64,000 nt of DNA from an uncultured Candidatus Entotheonella sp. (GCA_965215335.1 CBDCDA010000002.1:352001-416000); one strand, 5' to 3'. Counted from the stretch's first letter, positions 21,185 through 33,674 are shown. Program-made: numbers and translations. The notes: generated from the letters alone by a model not told the origin.

Positions 21185-22036
21185 TCAGCCCGGGACGTAG
21201 GGCCACATGCTGCTCAGCAGCATCCAGGCCAGGACGAGCCCCGTCGCCGCTACGCAGACGGCGGCCAGCATCGTCTGCCAGGGCTGCTCCTCGCTGCGTT
21301 CCCGGTAGCCAACCAGAAAGCCGAGCAGAGCGCCCGCCGCCATACCCCCGCCGTGTCCCCAGTTGTTGATGCCGGGAATCAGCAGTCCGAGGACGAAAAT
21401 GCTGATCGCCCAGCCGCCGATCTGCCGGTAAATAGCCTCACCGAACAGCCCGCCGCGGCTTTTGCCGTAATACAGCGTTGCCCCGATCAACCCGCACAAC
21501 GCCGCCGAGGCGCCAATGGTGAACGGTACGCCCGCCACGTACGACACCCAGAACCCAGCGATGCCGGTCAGCGTGTAGAGCACGATCAGACGGTTGATGC
21601 CATAGAGGTGCCCTACCAGGGGGATCAGCTGCCGCAATGCGAGCATGTTGAACAGGATGTGCAAAATGCTGCCGTGCAGGTAGTTTGCCGACAGCAACGT
21701 CCACCAGCGCTGCAGGTGGTCGATCGGGATGGTGCCGGTGGCGCCGAGTTGCAACAGGCTCTGGTTGCTGGGCGACAGCGCGGTCAGCAGGTGGTCGAAC
21801 GAGGCGTGGAAAGCCTGTGGGGAAATCAGTAGCGAGAGGATGTACATGGCGGCGTTGATGCCGATGAGAACTTTGACCACCTGCCTGGGGTCGTGCAGCC
21901 ATCCCCGCAGGGTGAGACGCTTCCACCAGGCGCCCGGCCGCCGCATGCCGCAGTGCGGACAGAATGGCGCTTCCCTGTTCAGCAGCTTGCGGCAGTTAGG
22001 GCATAGCATCGACGGACTTTGGCGTTGTCTCATCAT
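21185..22036 (-). CDS. rhomboid intramembrane serine protease with N-terminal zinc ribbon
   Basis: CPNC..CPHC; HILFNM, GASAA (catalytic Ser), GHGGG (catalytic His). Confidence 0.92.
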   Translation of the reverse strand: MMRQRQSPSMLCPNCRKLLNREAPFCPHCGMRRPGAWWKRLTLRGWLHDPRQVVKVLIGINAAMYILSLLISPQAFHASFDHLLTALSPSNQSLLQLGATGTIPIDHLQRWWTLLSANYLHGSILHILFNMLALRQLIPLVGHLYGINRLIVLYTLTGIAGFWVSYVAGVPFTIGASAALCGLIGATLYYGKSRGGLFGEAIYRQIGGWAISIFVLGLLIPGINNWGHGGGMAAGALLGFLVGYRERSEEQPWQTMLAAVCVAATGLVLAWMLLSSMWPYVPG

Positions 22037-22081
22037 CTCGGGCGTGGGTTGTGGGCCGGGAGGACGGCACCGGTCGCCGGA

Positions 22082-24004
22082 TCAGTGCGCTTCGAGGTAC
22101 GTGTAACTGGCCAGCCCCGATTCGTAGATGCCCAGCAGATGGCGTGACGACTCGAGGGGCATGCGGCCGGCCCGCAGGGCGCGCTCGATCGACCGGCGCA
22201 AGCGGGCAACGAGGTCGTCGCGCGAATAGTTGGCGTAATTCAGCACGTCCGTCACCGTATCGCCGGCCACGACATGGTCCAGGTGGTACTCGCCGTTGGG
22301 GCCGATGAAGACGTGCACGGTGTTGGTGTCGCCGAACAAGTTGTGCAGGTCGCCGAGAATTTCCTGGTAGGCACCGACCAGAAAGAAGCCCAAGTAGTAA
22401 TCCTCGCCGGTGGGGGCGTGCAGCCGGATGACCTGTTTCACGTCGCGCCGGTCGATAAACTCGTCGATTTTGCCGTCCGAGTCGCACGTGATGTCCGCCA
22501 GCACGGCGCGGCGCGTTGGCTCCTCCTGCAGGCGGTGGATGGGCATGATAGGGAAGAGTTGCCGGACCGCCCAGAAGTCGGGAATCGACTGAAACAGCGA
22601 GAAATTGCAGAAGTACGTATCGGCCAGCAGCCGTTCCAGGGCCTCAAGTTCTTCGGGGATTTCGTCCAGGTCGCGGATGAATCGCAGGATCTTCTGGCAG
22701 ATGCCCCAGAAATACTCCTCCGCCTGCACCCGCTGCTGCAGCTGCAGGTGCCCAAGGGCGAACAAGGTCAGCGTCTCGTCCTTATATTGCAGGGCGTCGT
22801 GGTAGGCTTCCAGCAGGTTCTTGCGGGTCAATTCGCGGTACGTGTCGTACATGTTCCACACCACGGCCGCGGCGTCCTCCGGTGGCTCGCTGGTCAGTGA
22901 GGCGGTGCTGAACTCGCTGACCCCGAGGATGTCGGCGACCAGCACGCAGTGGTGCGCCACCGTGGCGCGCCCGGATTCGCTGACCAGAATCGGGGTCGGC
23001 ACCGAGGCTTCCTCGCACAGCTCCAGGACGGCGTAGACCACGTCGTTGGCGTATTCCTGGAGGGTATAGTTGATGGAGGAATGAAAGTTCGTCTGCGAGC
23101 CGTCGTAATCGACCCCCAGCCCGCCGCCGACGTCGAGGTAACGCAGCGGCACGCCCATTTTGACCAGCTCGCAGTAGTAGCGGCCGGCCTCCCGCAGGCC
23201 GTCCTTGATGTTGCGGATGTTCGAGATCTGGCTGCCCAGGTGGAAGTGAAGCAATTCAAACGTGTCGAGAAGGTCGTGTTGACGCAGCAGGTCGATGGAT
23301 TCCAGCAGCTCGCGTGCTGAAAGGCCGAATTTGGAATGATCCCCGCCCGACGATTCCCAGCGACCGCTGCCGCGGGTCGACAACCGAAGGCGTACGCCGA
23401 TGCGGGGGCGAACGTTCGCTTTCTTGGCCAGACGGTCAATCAGGGCCAGTTCGCTGGGTTTTTCCACCACCAGAATGATGGTGCGGCCCATGGTGCTACC
23501 GAGCAAGGCGGTTTCGACGTACTCCTCGTCCTTATAGCCGTTGCAAATGATCAGGGCTTTTTCATCTTCCAGCATGGCCAACACGGCCAGCAGCTCCGGC
23601 TTCGAGCCCGCTTCGAGCCCGTGGTGATAGGGTCGCCCGAAGCGTACCACCTCCTCGACTACCTGGCGCTGCGGGTTGACCTTCACCGGATACACGCCGC
23701 GATATTCGCTCTGGTATCCGTATTCTTCAATGGCGTTTTGGAAGGCGCAGTTGAGCTCGTCGATGCGGCTGCGCAGGATGTCCGAGAAGCGCAGCAGGAG
23801 CGGCAGGCCAACGCCGCGCTGTCGCACCTCGTCGACCAAGGCTTTCAAATCAATGGCATGACCCGCCGGGTCCGGCGGCGTCACCAATACGTGCCCGGCG
23901 GCGCTGATGCAGAAGTGACCCCTTCCCCAATCGTCGATACCATAGGTCTCGACCGCATCAGCCACCGACCAGGACCTGGGAAGGGTCCCCGCTGTTTTTG
24001 ACAT
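22082..24004 (-). CDS. speA: biosynthetic arginine decarboxylase
   Basis: VYPVKVN PLP-lysine, GLEAGSKPE, HFHLGSQI, DITCDSDG, GAYQEILGDLHNLFG. Confidence 0.98.
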   Translation of the reverse strand: MSKTAGTLPRSWSVADAVETYGIDDWGRGHFCISAAGHVLVTPPDPAGHAIDLKALVDEVRQRGVGLPLLLRFSDILRSRIDELNCAFQNAIEEYGYQSEYRGVYPVKVNPQRQVVEEVVRFGRPYHHGLEAGSKPELLAVLAMLEDEKALIICNGYKDEEYVETALLGSTMGRTIILVVEKPSELALIDRLAKKANVRPRIGVRLRLSTRGSGRWESSGGDHSKFGLSARELLESIDLLRQHDLLDTFELLHFHLGSQISNIRNIKDGLREAGRYYCELVKMGVPLRYLDVGGGLGVDYDGSQTNFHSSINYTLQEYANDVVYAVLELCEEASVPTPILVSESGRATVAHHCVLVADILGVSEFSTASLTSEPPEDAAAVVWNMYDTYRELTRKNLLEAYHDALQYKDETLTLFALGHLQLQQRVQAEEYFWGICQKILRFIRDLDEIPEELEALERLLADTYFCNFSLFQSIPDFWAVRQLFPIMPIHRLQEEPTRRAVLADITCDSDGKIDEFIDRRDVKQVIRLHAPTGEDYYLGFFLVGAYQEILGDLHNLFGDTNTVHVFIGPNGEYHLDHVVAGDTVTDVLNYANYSRDDLVARLRRSIERALRAGRMPLESSRHLLGIYESGLASYTYLEAH

Positions 24005-24335
24005 GCAGCACTCCTTTTGTCCACCGGCGCGCCTTGCGGCGGTGGTGGGCAGACCGTCAGGGAAAGGACAGGGGTTGGATAGCAACCGGAAAACATACCA
24101 CGTGGCTGGGTCGTGCACGGCGGAATAGTAGCATGTCCAGTCGTAAAGCGCATGGCCGGAGGGCCAGCGGACAAAGCGGGAAAGAGGCCCGGAGCGGTGC
24201 CCCGCGTCCGAGTGAAAGAGGGTTGAATGCAGCCGGATCTGCGTTTACATTGGTGCCTCCAAGGGGGCGTTTCGGCCCTATCTCGCAGACTGAGTTTCAT
24301 TTCGCCATAACCTCCGCTGAGACAGGAACTCAGAC

Positions 24336-24995
24336 ATGGCCGATATTCCGGAAGACGATCCGGTCTTCGAAGATCGATCGCAATTGCCTGACCCCTTGCC
24401 CATCTTTCCCCTTCCCAACGTCGTCTTGATGCCCAACGCCAGCTTGCCTCTGTACATTTTTGAAGAGCGCTACAAGGAGATGGTGCGGGACTGCCTGGAG
24501 GGCGAGCCGTATCTGTCGGCGGCGCTGCTCCAGAAGGGATGGGAGCAGCAGCCGGGGACGCCGCGGCCCTATCCCGTTGCGGGGTTCGGGCGCATCACGC
24601 GGGCGGTGCGGCGCCCGAATGATTGCATGGACATTGTTATTCAGGGCATGGGGCGCATCGAGATGCTCGATTTTCACGACGATCGCGCTTACCTGCGCGC
24701 CTCGGTGCGGGCGTTGATCCCTGAACTGGCGGACCAGGCACTGGCAACCCAACAGGCCGGGGCCATGCGGCAGCAGTTTCTCGGTCTTCTGGATCGCAAG
24801 GGCGTTGCCGCCGACCAGATTCGTACTCAGCTGAAACTGCTTGCCAGTCCGATTGACATGGTCTTTTTCATCGCCTCGTACCTGCCCCTTGACCCGCACG
24901 CGCGGCAGGAGGTGTTGCAAACGCTGTCGGTCGCGGAGCAGATCGCGCGACTCACCCGTGTGCTGGGCATGATGCGGGGTGCGCAACTCAATTGA
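24336..24995 (+). CDS. stand-alone LON peptidase substrate-binding domain protein
   Basis: LPIFPLPNVVLMP...LPLYIFEERYKEMV; no AAA or protease domain. Confidence 0.9.
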   Translation: MADIPEDDPVFEDRSQLPDPLPIFPLPNVVLMPNASLPLYIFEERYKEMVRDCLEGEPYLSAALLQKGWEQQPGTPRPYPVAGFGRITRAVRRPNDCMDIVIQGMGRIEMLDFHDDRAYLRASVRALIPELADQALATQQAGAMRQQFLGLLDRKGVAADQIRTQLKLLASPIDMVFFIASYLPLDPHARQEVLQTLSVAEQIARLTRVLGMMRGAQLN

Positions 24996-25010
24996 GCGAG
25001 CGGAGAAGCT

Positions 25011-26321
25011 TCAGCCTGTGGGCCGGCGGCGGTGGGTAAAGGGCTTGGCTTGCGGCCCGACATAGTCCGCCACCACATGGCCGCGTCCGCTAAGACGGTA
25101 TTTATAGAGCACCAGGCCCTCCAGCCCGACCGGGCCGCGTGCGTGCGTCTTGTTGGTGCTGATGCCGATTTCGGCGCCCTTGCCAAAGCGGAAGCCGTCG
25201 GCAAAACGGGTCGAGGCGTTGTGCATGACGGTGGCGGCGTCGACGCCGTCGAGGAAGCGTCCGGCGGCTTGGCGATCCTCCGTGAGGATGGTGTCGGTGT
25301 GGCCCGACCCGTGGCGATTGACGTGGGCGATTGCCGCTTCCAGATCGTCCACCAGGCGGATCGAGATGACCAAGTCGAGATACTCGGTATCCCAGTCCTC
25401 GGCCGTTGCCGGCACGATGTTCGGCAGCAGCGCCCGTGAGGCGTCGCAGCCGCGCATTTCGACGCCCGCCCGTTCGTAAGCCTTACCCAGCAGGGGCAGG
25501 AATGCCGGAGCAATCTGGCGGTGCACCAGCACCGTTTCGATAGCGTTGCACACCGCCGGATACTGCACCTTGGCGTCGTAGCAGACGGCGACGGCCTGTG
25601 TGACGTCGGCGTGCTGATCCACATAGGCGTGGCAGATGCCGTCGGCGTGCCCGAGCACCGGCACGCGGGTGTTGTCCTGAATGTAGCGCACGAAGTCGTT
25701 GCTGCCGCGCGGCACGAACAGGTCGATGTGGTCCTCGAGTTGCAGCAGGGCGCGCACGTCCTCGCGTGTTTCGATCATCTGCACCGCTTCCGGCAGACCG
25801 GGACCGACGGCGGTGACGGCGCGGCGCAGCAGACTCACGAGCACCCGATTGGAGGCCTGCGCCTCGGTGCCGCCCTTCAGGATGACCGCATTGCCGGACT
25901 TCCAGCACAGCGAGGCGATCTGCGGCACCGCGTCCGGACGCGACTCGAAAATGGCCCCGATAACGCCGATAGGGCAACTCACCTGCCGCAATTCCAGGCC
26001 GTCGTCCAGTTCCACCGCCGACAATGTCCGCCCCACCGGATCGGGCAACTGCGCGACGCTTTCCACTCCTTGCGCCATGCCCAGCACCTTGTCTTCGCTG
26101 AGTTTCAAGCGGTCCAGGAGCGGCTTCGACAACGCCCCGCTCGCCACCAACTCCGCGCCGCGCCGCACGTCCTGTTCATTAGCCGCCAAGATGTCCGCGC
26201 GACGTTCCCGCAACAGCCCTGCCATCCCCTGCAAGGCGAGGTTTTTTGCTTCTGTTGGCAGGCCGGCAAGCCTTAGCGCGGCATCCTTGGCGCGTACGGC
26301 GGTTGCTTCTATGGGGATCAC
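25011..26321 (-). CDS. proA: glutamate-5-semialdehyde dehydrogenase
   Basis: IFESRP, PRGS, CNAIET, NASTRFADG, HARGPVGL; GTG start inferred from RBS. Confidence 0.97.
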   Translation of the reverse strand: MIPIEATAVRAKDAALRLAGLPTEAKNLALQGMAGLLRERRADILAANEQDVRRGAELVASGALSKPLLDRLKLSEDKVLGMAQGVESVAQLPDPVGRTLSAVELDDGLELRQVSCPIGVIGAIFESRPDAVPQIASLCWKSGNAVILKGGTEAQASNRVLVSLLRRAVTAVGPGLPEAVQMIETREDVRALLQLEDHIDLFVPRGSNDFVRYIQDNTRVPVLGHADGICHAYVDQHADVTQAVAVCYDAKVQYPAVCNAIETVLVHRQIAPAFLPLLGKAYERAGVEMRGCDASRALLPNIVPATAEDWDTEYLDLVISIRLVDDLEAAIAHVNRHGSGHTDTILTEDRQAAGRFLDGVDAATVMHNASTRFADGFRFGKGAEIGISTNKTHARGPVGLEGLVLYKYRLSGRGHVVADYVGPQAKPFTHRRRPTG

Positions 26322-26626
26322 GACGAATTCCTTAATCCATTGACTATCCATCAGGGAAGCAGAACAGCACGGCTAGTGGTCCGGGCAATAATCTTCATTC
26401 ACCGCGATAGGGACGTCGCCCTTGATCACGCGGAAGCCCGTGACGTCGGCCATATTCGCCCTGGCGCCGCAATACAGGCCCACCGGATGCAGCGCGAGGC
26501 TGCGGCGGCCGGTGGCGTGTTCAGCGGATCAATTGCCACTACCAGCGCTGCCGGGAACATCAACGCCGTCATCCTGCTCATGTCTGGCCTTGCTGTTATA
26601 TGAGAGAAGCCGCCTGCCAGCGCGGC

Positions 26627-27139
26627 TTAACGGCTCGGGTTGTACCGCTCGGCGGCACCGGTCGGCTGATTCTGTTGGCGGATGAGGTCAAGGGCTTCCT
26701 GCAATGCCTTCAGGCGTTCTTCCTGCGAGGACCGACGGGTGGAGACCAAGAGCACCTGCAGCGGGAATCCCCTGAAGCCCTGTGAGGCGGCCCGGCCGTT
26801 GTCGTCGGTCACCTCGATGTAGTATTCCAGTCCCGACCCGGCCAACAGCCAGTCGGGCACCACGGCTCGATACAGATTGCCCTCCACTGGTGACATCGGC
26901 AGCGCCATGAAGTCGCCGCCGCCCGCAGAGCGGCAGAAGACCTGCACCTTTCGGACACCAGCCGCGGCCGTAATGGTGGCTTCGATGGATAGCGGCTTGC
27001 CGCGTGCCTGGGGCCGAGAGAAGCCTTGGTGGGTGATCGAAAGTGCGTCGTTCTGTTGACCCTGAACCACCACGGCGAACAACAGGACGAGAAGGCCCAG
27101 AAAGGCTATACAGCCGTCGATTTTACGTCGCTGCATCAT
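26627..27139 (-). CDS. secreted hypothetical protein (Ig-like fold)
   Basis: signal peptide; ITH...YRAVVP...LEYYIEVTD pattern. Confidence 0.7.
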   Translation of the reverse strand: MMQRRKIDGCIAFLGLLVLLFAVVVQGQQNDALSITHQGFSRPQARGKPLSIEATITAAAGVRKVQVFCRSAGGGDFMALPMSPVEGNLYRAVVPDWLLAGSGLEYYIEVTDDNGRAASQGFRGFPLQVLLVSTRRSSQEERLKALQEALDLIRQQNQPTGAAERYNPSR

Positions 27140-27245
27140 GCGCGAAACTCCCTTGCACGAACGGGTGCCAGGAAATCAATCCAGAAGCCATAAAGACGGC
27201 ATGTTAACCTTCGTTGTCGGGCCGTGTCCAGCGCCTACTTGTATC

Positions 27246-27275
27246 TTGACAGTCCTTAGTGCGCGTACGCATAAT
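27246..27275 (+). promoter_or_regulatory. putative sigma70 promoter of gltBD
   Basis: TTGACA-18 bp-CATAAT. Confidence 0.6.
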
Positions 27276-27523
27276 ACCTCGCTCGACTTGACCACCGACT
27301 ACCACAGTCAAGCGCAAGCCCCGGCCTCCACGCCATGAGAGGCCCGGCCAGCCGAATTCCATCCTTACTGACGAGGGTCCAAGACGTACCTGACCTGAGG
27401 CCCCAGCCGTGGCCTCGCAGCCCGCCTGAGTTTAGGTGGTACCCGATCCTGATGACACGCGCCATCTAGCGCTGCGAACGCTCTCGCTGTCCGTATGTTG
27501 CCGTACCGAAGAAGGGCGACCCC

Positions 27524-30500
27524 ATGACAAAACCCGGCATTCCTCCCAAGCAAGGGCTTTACGACCCACGTTACGAACATGACGCTTGCGGCATCGGTTT
27601 CGTGGTCAACGTGAAAGGCAGAAAATCCCACGAAATCGTCGATCAGGCACTCACCGTACTGGAGAATCTTGACCATCGCGGCGCCTGCGGATGCGAGCCC
27701 AACACGGGAGACGGTGCCGGGATTCTGCTGCAAGTGCCGCATGCCTTCTTCCGCGACGCCTGTGCCGACGTCGGCTTGGCGCTGCCGGCGCCGGGGCAAT
27801 ACGGCGTCGGGATGATCTTCCTGCCGCCCGACGCGCAGCAGCAACGGCAGTGCATGGCGCAATTGGAAAGCATTGTGGAGCGGGAAGGCCAGACGGTGTT
27901 GGGCTGGCGCGACGTGCCCACCGTCAACGCCGACCTCGGCGCCACCGCCCTGTCGTGCGAGCCGGCTATCAAACAGATAGTCATTGGCCGTGACGCAAGC
28001 CTCTCGGACGACCTTGCCTTCGAACGCAAACTGTACGTTATCCGCCGCAGCGCGGAGAACGCCATCCGCTACGGCGACACGCCGGGCGGCGATTTCTTCT
28101 ACGTCGCCAGTCTCTCCTGCAAGACCTTCATTTACAAAGGCATGCTGACACCGCGGCAGGTCTCCACCTACTTTCCCGACCTGTCCGACCCGCGTGTCGA
28201 AACCGCTCTGGCGGTGGTCCACTCCCGTTTCAGCACCAACACGTTTCCGAGCTGGGAGCGCGCGCAACCCTTCCGCTACCTGATTCACAACGGCGAAATC
28301 AACACCCTGCGGGGCAACGAAAACTGGATGTACGCCCGCCAAGCCATGCTCGCTTCAGAGTTGTTCGGCGACGATCTGCCCAAGCTCTTCCCGGTTCTGC
28401 AGGGGGACGGCAGCGACTCCGCCATCTTCGACAATTGCCTGGAATTTCTGGCCTTGGGCGGCCGCCCGCTATCGCAGTCCATGATGATGATGATCCCGGA
28501 GCCGTGGGAAAATCATGAAAGCATGTCCGACGAGAAGAAGGCATTTTACGAATACCACAGCAGCTTGATGGAGCCGTGGGACGGCCCGGCCTCGATTGCC
28601 TTTACCGACGGGGTGCGGGTCGGCGCCGTGCTCGACCGCAATGGCCTGCGGCCGTCGCGCTACTACGTCACCAAGGACGATCTCGTCGTCATGGCCTCCG
28701 AGGTCGGCGTCCTTGAAGTAGAGCCGGAGCGCGTCTTGCTAAAGCAGCGGCTGCAACCGGGGCGCATGTTCCTGGTGGACACCGAGCAGGGGCGTATCAT
28801 CAGCGACGAGGAAATCAAGCACACCGCGGCCAAGGAACACCCGTACCGCCAGTGGCTGGACGAGCATCGGGTGCACTTCGACAAGTTGCCCGACGTGTTC
28901 GAAGAGCCGCCGGTACACGACCACGCGGCGACGCTGCAGCGGCAGCAGGCGTTTGGCTACAGCTTTGAGGACTTACGCGTCAACATCGGCCCCATGGCGG
29001 TGAACCAGATTCAGCCGGTGGGCTCGATGGGCACCGATACGCCACTGGCCGTGCTGTCCGACAAGCCCCAACTCCTGTACAACTACTTCAAGCAGCTTTT
29101 CGCCCAGGTCACCAACCCGCCGCTCGACCCCATCCGCGAAGAATTGATTACCGCTACGACGCTGACCCTCGGCCCGGAGCGTAACCTGTTGCGCCCAGAG
29201 CCGGAAAACTGCCGGCAGATTCGCCTCCGGCTCCCCATCCTGACGAACGGCGAGATGGAGAAACTGCGCCGCTGCGGGGCGATCGGATTTCCCGCCGCCA
29301 CCCTGCCCATCGTCTTCAAGGCGGCGGACGGCAAGGCCGGCTTGGAAACGGCGTTGCAGGCTCTGTATGAGGGAGCCGACCAGGCCATTACCGACGGCGC
29401 CACGATGCTGATTCTCTCCGACAAGGACGTGGACCGCGAACACGCGCCGATTCCGGCGTTGCTGGCGTCGGCGGGTCTGCATCACCACCTGATCCGCGCG
29501 GGCACGCGGCGGCGTGTCGGGCTGCTCCTCGAATCCGGCGAGCCGCGCGAGGTGCACCATTTCTGCCTGTTGCTCGGCTACGGCGTACAAGCGATCAATC
29601 CGTACATGGCCTATGAGTCCCTCAACGACATGATCGGCGAGGGAATGCTAAAGGACATCACGTACGAAAAAGCGGTCAGCGGCTACATCAAGGGAGCCGT
29701 CAAGGGCGTTGTCAAGGTGATGTCCAAGATGGGCATTTCGACGATCCAGTCCTACTGCGGCGCGCAGATTTTCGAGGCGGTGGGTCTCAGCCAAGACCTC
29801 GTCGACGGGTATTTTACCTGGACGCCCTCGCGCGTTGGCGGCATCGGCCTGGAGCAGATCGCCAGTGAGGCGCGGCGGCAACACGCCAGGGCTTTCCCGG
29901 CCATCCCGGTCAACGGCCACACGCTGGAGGTGCATGGCCAGTACCAGTACCGCAAGGACGGCGAACTGCACCTGTTCAATCCCCGGACCATTCACTTGTT
30001 GCAAAAGGCCTGCCGCAACGAAGACTACGAGGTGTTCAAGTCCTACTCGACGCTGATCGACGACCAGTCGGAGCGGCTCGCCACCCTGCGTGGCCTGATG
30101 GAATTGAAGTTTGCCGACGAACCGCTTCCGCTGGACGAGGTCGAGCCGGTGGAAGACATCACCAGGCGTTTCAAGACCGGCGCCATGTCGTATGGCTCGA
30201 TCAGCAAGGAAGCGCACGAGGCGTTGGCCATTGCGATGAATCGCATCGGCGGCAAGAGCAACACCGGTGAAGGTGGCGAGGACCCGGCGCGTTACCTGCC
30301 GGACCCGTCCGGCGATTCCCGCAACAGCGCCATCAAGCAGGTGGCCTCGGGGCGTTTCGGGGTGACCAGCTACTACCTCACGCAAGCCAAGGAGTTGCAG
30401 ATCAAGATGGCGCAAGGCGCCAAGCCCGGGGAGGGCGGCGAATTGCCCGGACGCAAGGTCTATCCGTGGATCGCCAAGGTGCGGCTGTCGACGCCGGGCG

Positions 30501-32125
30501 TGGGTCTGATTTCGCCGCCGCCGCACCACGACATTTATTCCATCGAGGACCTGGCCCAGCTCATCCACGACTTGAAGAACGCCAACCACCACGCGCGCAT
30601 CAGCGTCAAGCTGGTCTCCGAGGTGGGGGTCGGCACCATCGCCGCCGGTGTGGCCAAGGGGCACGCCGACGTGGTGCTGATCAGTGGACACGACGGCGGT
30701 ACCGGCGCTTCGCCGCAGACCAGCATCAAGCATGCCGGGCTGCCGTGGGAACTGGGGCTCGCCGAAACGCACCAGACGCTGGTGCTGAACGATCTGCGCA
30801 GTCGCATCGCGGTCGAAACGGACGGTCAGTTGAAAACCGGGCGCGACGTGGTGATTGCCGCGATGCTCGGTGCGGAAGAGTTCGGCTTCGCCACCACGGC
30901 GCTGGTCTCCCTCGGCTGCATCATGATGCGGGTGTGCCACCTCGATACCTGCCCCGTCGGCGTCGCCACGCAGAACCCGTCGCTGCGTGAAAAATTCACC
31001 GGCGACCCGTCGCACGCCGTCCATTTCATGCGCTTTATCGCCCAGGAAATGCGCGAGCTGATGGCCAGGCTCGGCTTTCGCACCGTCAACGAGATGATCG
31101 GGCGCACGGACCGGGTCGAGATGCGGCGCGCCCTGGAGCACTGGAAGGCGAGGGGGCTGGACTACACCAGCATCTTGCATCAGCCGGAAGTGGGACCGGA
31201 AGTGGGCCGCTACTGCCAGATTCCTCAAGACCACGGTCTGGAAATCGCCCTCGACAATCAGGTCCTCCTGGGACTGGCCGAACCCGCTCTGGAACGCTGC
31301 GAACGGGTCAAGGCAACCCTGCCCATCCGCAACACCAACCGGGTCACGGGCACCATTCTCGGTAGTGAAGTTACTCGCCGTCACGGCCCCGGGGGTCTGC
31401 CCGAAGACACGATCCATTTTCACTTCCAGGGCTCGGCGGGTCAGAGCTTCGGCGCCTTCGTGCCGCCGGGCATGACCCTGGAGATCGAGGGCGACGCCAA
31501 CGACTACTTTGGCAAGGGCCTCTCCGGCGGCAAGCTCATTCTCTACCCGCCCAGGGGTTCTACCTTTGCCGCCGAGGACAGCATCATCGTCGGCAACGTG
31601 GCGTTCTACGGGGCGACCAGCGGCGAGGTGTACATCCGCGGGATGGCGGGCGAGCGCTTCTGCGTGCGCAATAGCGGCGTGCGCGCCGTTATTGAAGCGG
31701 TCGGCGATCACGGCTGCGAATACATGACCGGCGGACGGGTCGTCGTGCTCGGCGCCACCGGTCGCAACTTCGGCGCCGGCATGTCGGGCGGCATCGCCTA
31801 CGTGCTCGATGAGGCCGGCGACTTCGAGTCGCGCTGCAATCTGGAAACCGTCGCCCTCGAAAGCCTCGACGATGCCGACGAATGCGCCGAGGTGGAGACG
31901 ATGATTCGCCGTCACGCCGAAGCCACCAAGAGCGAGCGCGCCTGGAAAATCCTGGCCTCCTGGGAGGACTGCGTGCCGCAGTTCGTCAAGGTCATGCCGA
32001 AGGACTACCAGCGCATGCTCGATGCCATTCGCCGTGCCGAGGCGGCGGGGCTCAGCGGTGAGGCGGCGGTCATGGAAGCGTTTGAGGCAAATAAAAACGA
32101 CTTGGCTCGCGTCAGCGGAAATTAA
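27524..32125 (+). CDS. gltB: glutamate synthase large subunit
   Basis: [10 protein letters not shown]-terminal Cys, [28 protein letters not shown], 3Fe-4S Cys cluster, GXGXG domain. Confidence 0.99.
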   Translation: MTKPGIPPKQGLYDPRYEHDACGIGFVVNVKGRKSHEIVDQALTVLENLDHRGACGCEPNTGDGAGILLQVPHAFFRDACADVGLALPAPGQYGVGMIFLPPDAQQQRQCMAQLESIVEREGQTVLGWRDVPTVNADLGATALSCEPAIKQIVIGRDASLSDDLAFERKLYVIRRSAENAIRYGDTPGGDFFYVASLSCKTFIYKGMLTPRQVSTYFPDLSDPRVETALAVVHSRFSTNTFPSWERAQPFRYLIHNGEINTLRGNENWMYARQAMLASELFGDDLPKLFPVLQGDGSDSAIFDNCLEFLALGGRPLSQSMMMMIPEPWENHESMSDEKKAFYEYHSSLMEPWDGPASIAFTDGVRVGAVLDRNGLRPSRYYVTKDDLVVMASEVGVLEVEPERVLLKQRLQPGRMFLVDTEQGRIISDEEIKHTAAKEHPYRQWLDEHRVHFDKLPDVFEEPPVHDHAATLQRQQAFGYSFEDLRVNIGPMAVNQIQPVGSMGTDTPLAVLSDKPQLLYNYFKQLFAQVTNPPLDPIREELITATTLTLGPERNLLRPEPENCRQIRLRLPILTNGEMEKLRRCGAIGFPAATLPIVFKAADGKAGLETALQALYEGADQAITDGATMLILSDKDVDREHAPIPALLASAGLHHHLIRAGTRRRVGLLLESGEPREVHHFCLLLGYGVQAINPYMAYESLNDMIGEGMLKDITYEKAVSGYIKGAVKGVVKVMSKMGISTIQSYCGAQIFEAVGLSQDLVDGYFTWTPSRVGGIGLEQIASEARRQHARAFPAIPVNGHTLEVHGQYQYRKDGELHLFNPRTIHLLQKACRNEDYEVFKSYSTLIDDQSERLATLRGLMELKFADEPLPLDEVEPVEDITRRFKTGAMSYGSISKEAHEALAIAMNRIGGKSNTGEGGEDPARYLPDPSGDSRNSAIKQVASGRFGVTSYYLTQAKELQIKMAQGAKPGEGGELPGRKVYPWIAKVRLSTPGVGLISPPPHHDIYSIEDLAQLIHDLKNANHHARISVKLVSEVGVGTIAAGVAKGHADVVLISGHDGGTGASPQTSIKHAGLPWELGLAETHQTLVLNDLRSRIAVETDGQLKTGRDVVIAAMLGAEEFGFATTALVSLGCIMMRVCHLDTCPVGVATQNPSLREKFTGDPSHAVHFMRFIAQEMRELMARLGFRTVNEMIGRTDRVEMRRALEHWKARGLDYTSILHQPEVGPEVGRYCQIPQDHGLEIALDNQVLLGLAEPALERCERVKATLPIRNTNRVTGTILGSEVTRRHGPGGLPEDTIHFHFQGSAGQSFGAFVPPGMTLEIEGDANDYFGKGLSGGKLILYPPRGSTFAAEDSIIVGNVAFYGATSGEVYIRGMAGERFCVRNSGVRAVIEAVGDHGCEYMTGGRVVVLGATGRNFGAGMSGGIAYVLDEAGDFESRCNLETVALESLDDADECAEVETMIRRHAEATKSERAWKILASWEDCVPQFVKVMPKDYQRMLDAIRRAEAAGLSGEAAVMEAFEANKNDLARVSGN

Positions 32126-32157
32126 GCGTCGGGCAGTGGATTGCTGAAGGAGACGTA

Positions 32158-33642
32158 GTGGGTAAGCCGACCGGATTCATGGAATATCAACGCGAATTGC
32201 CTGTGGACCGCTCGCCGCGCGAACGGGTCAAGGATTGGCAGGAATTCCACGAACACTTCCCGATCGGGAAGCTGCAGGACCAGGCCAGCCGCTGCATGGA
32301 TTGCGGCATTCCCTTCTGCCACACCGGCACCCTGATCAGCGGTATGGCGTCGGGGTGTCCGATCAACAACCTGATTCCGGAATGGAACGACCTGATTTAC
32401 CGTGGCCTATGGCGGGAGGCACTGGAGCGCCTTCACAAGACCAATAACTTCCCCGAGTTTACGGGCCGCGTATGCCCGGCGCCCTGCGAAGGGTCCTGCG
32501 TGCTGGGCATCACGGATCCGCCGGTGACGATCAAAAATATCGAATGCCAGATCATCGACAAAGGGTTTGAAGAAGGATGGGTGACGCCGCAGCCGCCGGA
32601 GAAGCGCACCGGCAAACGGGTTGCGGTGATCGGCTCGGGACCTTCGGGGCTGTCGTGCGCCGCGCAGTTGAACCGCGCCGGGCACTTGGTCACCGTGTAT
32701 GAACGCGCCGACCGGGTTGGCGGACTGCTGATGTACGGCATCCCGAACATGAAACTTGATAAAAACATCGTGCAGCGCCGTGTCGATTTGCTGGCCCAGG
32801 AGGGCATTACGTTTGTCACCAATACTGCTGCTGGCGTGGATATCCCGGCGACTGCCATCCTCCAGGAGTCAGACGCGATGGTGCTGTGCTGCGGTGCAAC
32901 AAAACCACGCGACCTGCCGATTCCGGGACGCGAGCTGAAGGGCATCCACTTCGCCATGGAGTTCCTGCACGCCAACACCAAGAGTCTGCTCGATTCCGGT
33001 CACGCCGACCAAAATTACGTCTCGGCCCGTGACAGGCACGTCATCGTCATCGGCGGCGGCGACACCGGTACCGACTGTGTCGGCACCTCGCTACGGCATC
33101 AGTGCATGAGCCTGGAGCAATTCGAGATCCTGTCGCGCCCGCCGGATGAGCGCCAGTCGAACAATCCGTGGCCGGAATGGCCGCGCATTTACCGGGTGGA
33201 TTACGGGCAGGAAGAGGCTGCGGCGCGTTTCGGCAATGACCCGCGCACGTTCGACATCATGACGGAGAAATTCGTCGGCGACGCGGACGGCAACGTCAAG
33301 GAGCTGCACACCGTGCAGGTCGCCTGGGGCACGGACGCCAGCGGCCGCTTCGGTCCTCGGAAGGTGCCCGGCACCGAGAAAGTCTGGCCGGCTGACCTCG
33401 TGTTGCTGGCCTTGGGCTTCCTGGGCCCGGAGGACGCGATCATCGAGGAACTCGAACTCGAGCGCGACGAGCGCTCGAACGTCAAGGCCGAATACGGCCG
33501 CTATGCCACCAGCGTCGAGGGTGTCTTCAGCGCCGGCGATATGCGCCGCGGGCAAAGCCTGGTGGTATGGGCGTTCAACGAAGGACGCGGCGCCGCCAGA
33601 GCATGCGATGAATATCTGATGAAGACGACCGACTTGCCGTAG
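32158..33642 (+). CDS. gltD: glutamate synthase small subunit
   Basis: [43 protein letters not shown]. Confidence 0.99.
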   Translation: MGKPTGFMEYQRELPVDRSPRERVKDWQEFHEHFPIGKLQDQASRCMDCGIPFCHTGTLISGMASGCPINNLIPEWNDLIYRGLWREALERLHKTNNFPEFTGRVCPAPCEGSCVLGITDPPVTIKNIECQIIDKGFEEGWVTPQPPEKRTGKRVAVIGSGPSGLSCAAQLNRAGHLVTVYERADRVGGLLMYGIPNMKLDKNIVQRRVDLLAQEGITFVTNTAAGVDIPATAILQESDAMVLCCGATKPRDLPIPGRELKGIHFAMEFLHANTKSLLDSGHADQNYVSARDRHVIVIGGGDTGTDCVGTSLRHQCMSLEQFEILSRPPDERQSNNPWPEWPRIYRVDYGQEEAAARFGNDPRTFDIMTEKFVGDADGNVKELHTVQVAWGTDASGRFGPRKVPGTEKVWPADLVLLALGFLGPEDAIIEELELERDERSNVKAEYGRYATSVEGVFSAGDMRRGQSLVVWAFNEGRGAARACDEYLMKTTDLP

Positions 33643-33674
33643 GTACAAAACCGCTCACCCAGGGAAGGGAAACG

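Noticed and set aside
24005..24335. Possible riboswitch or ncRNA between speA and the LON-domain gene
   Set aside because: No recognisable conserved RNA motif.
26345..26581. Possible small or degraded minus-strand gene upstream of proA
   Set aside because: No recognisable family; frames are short and inconsistent.
27430..27445. GGTGGTACC resembling a T-box core upstream of gltB
   Set aside because: No Stem I motifs, specifier loop or following terminator could be identified.
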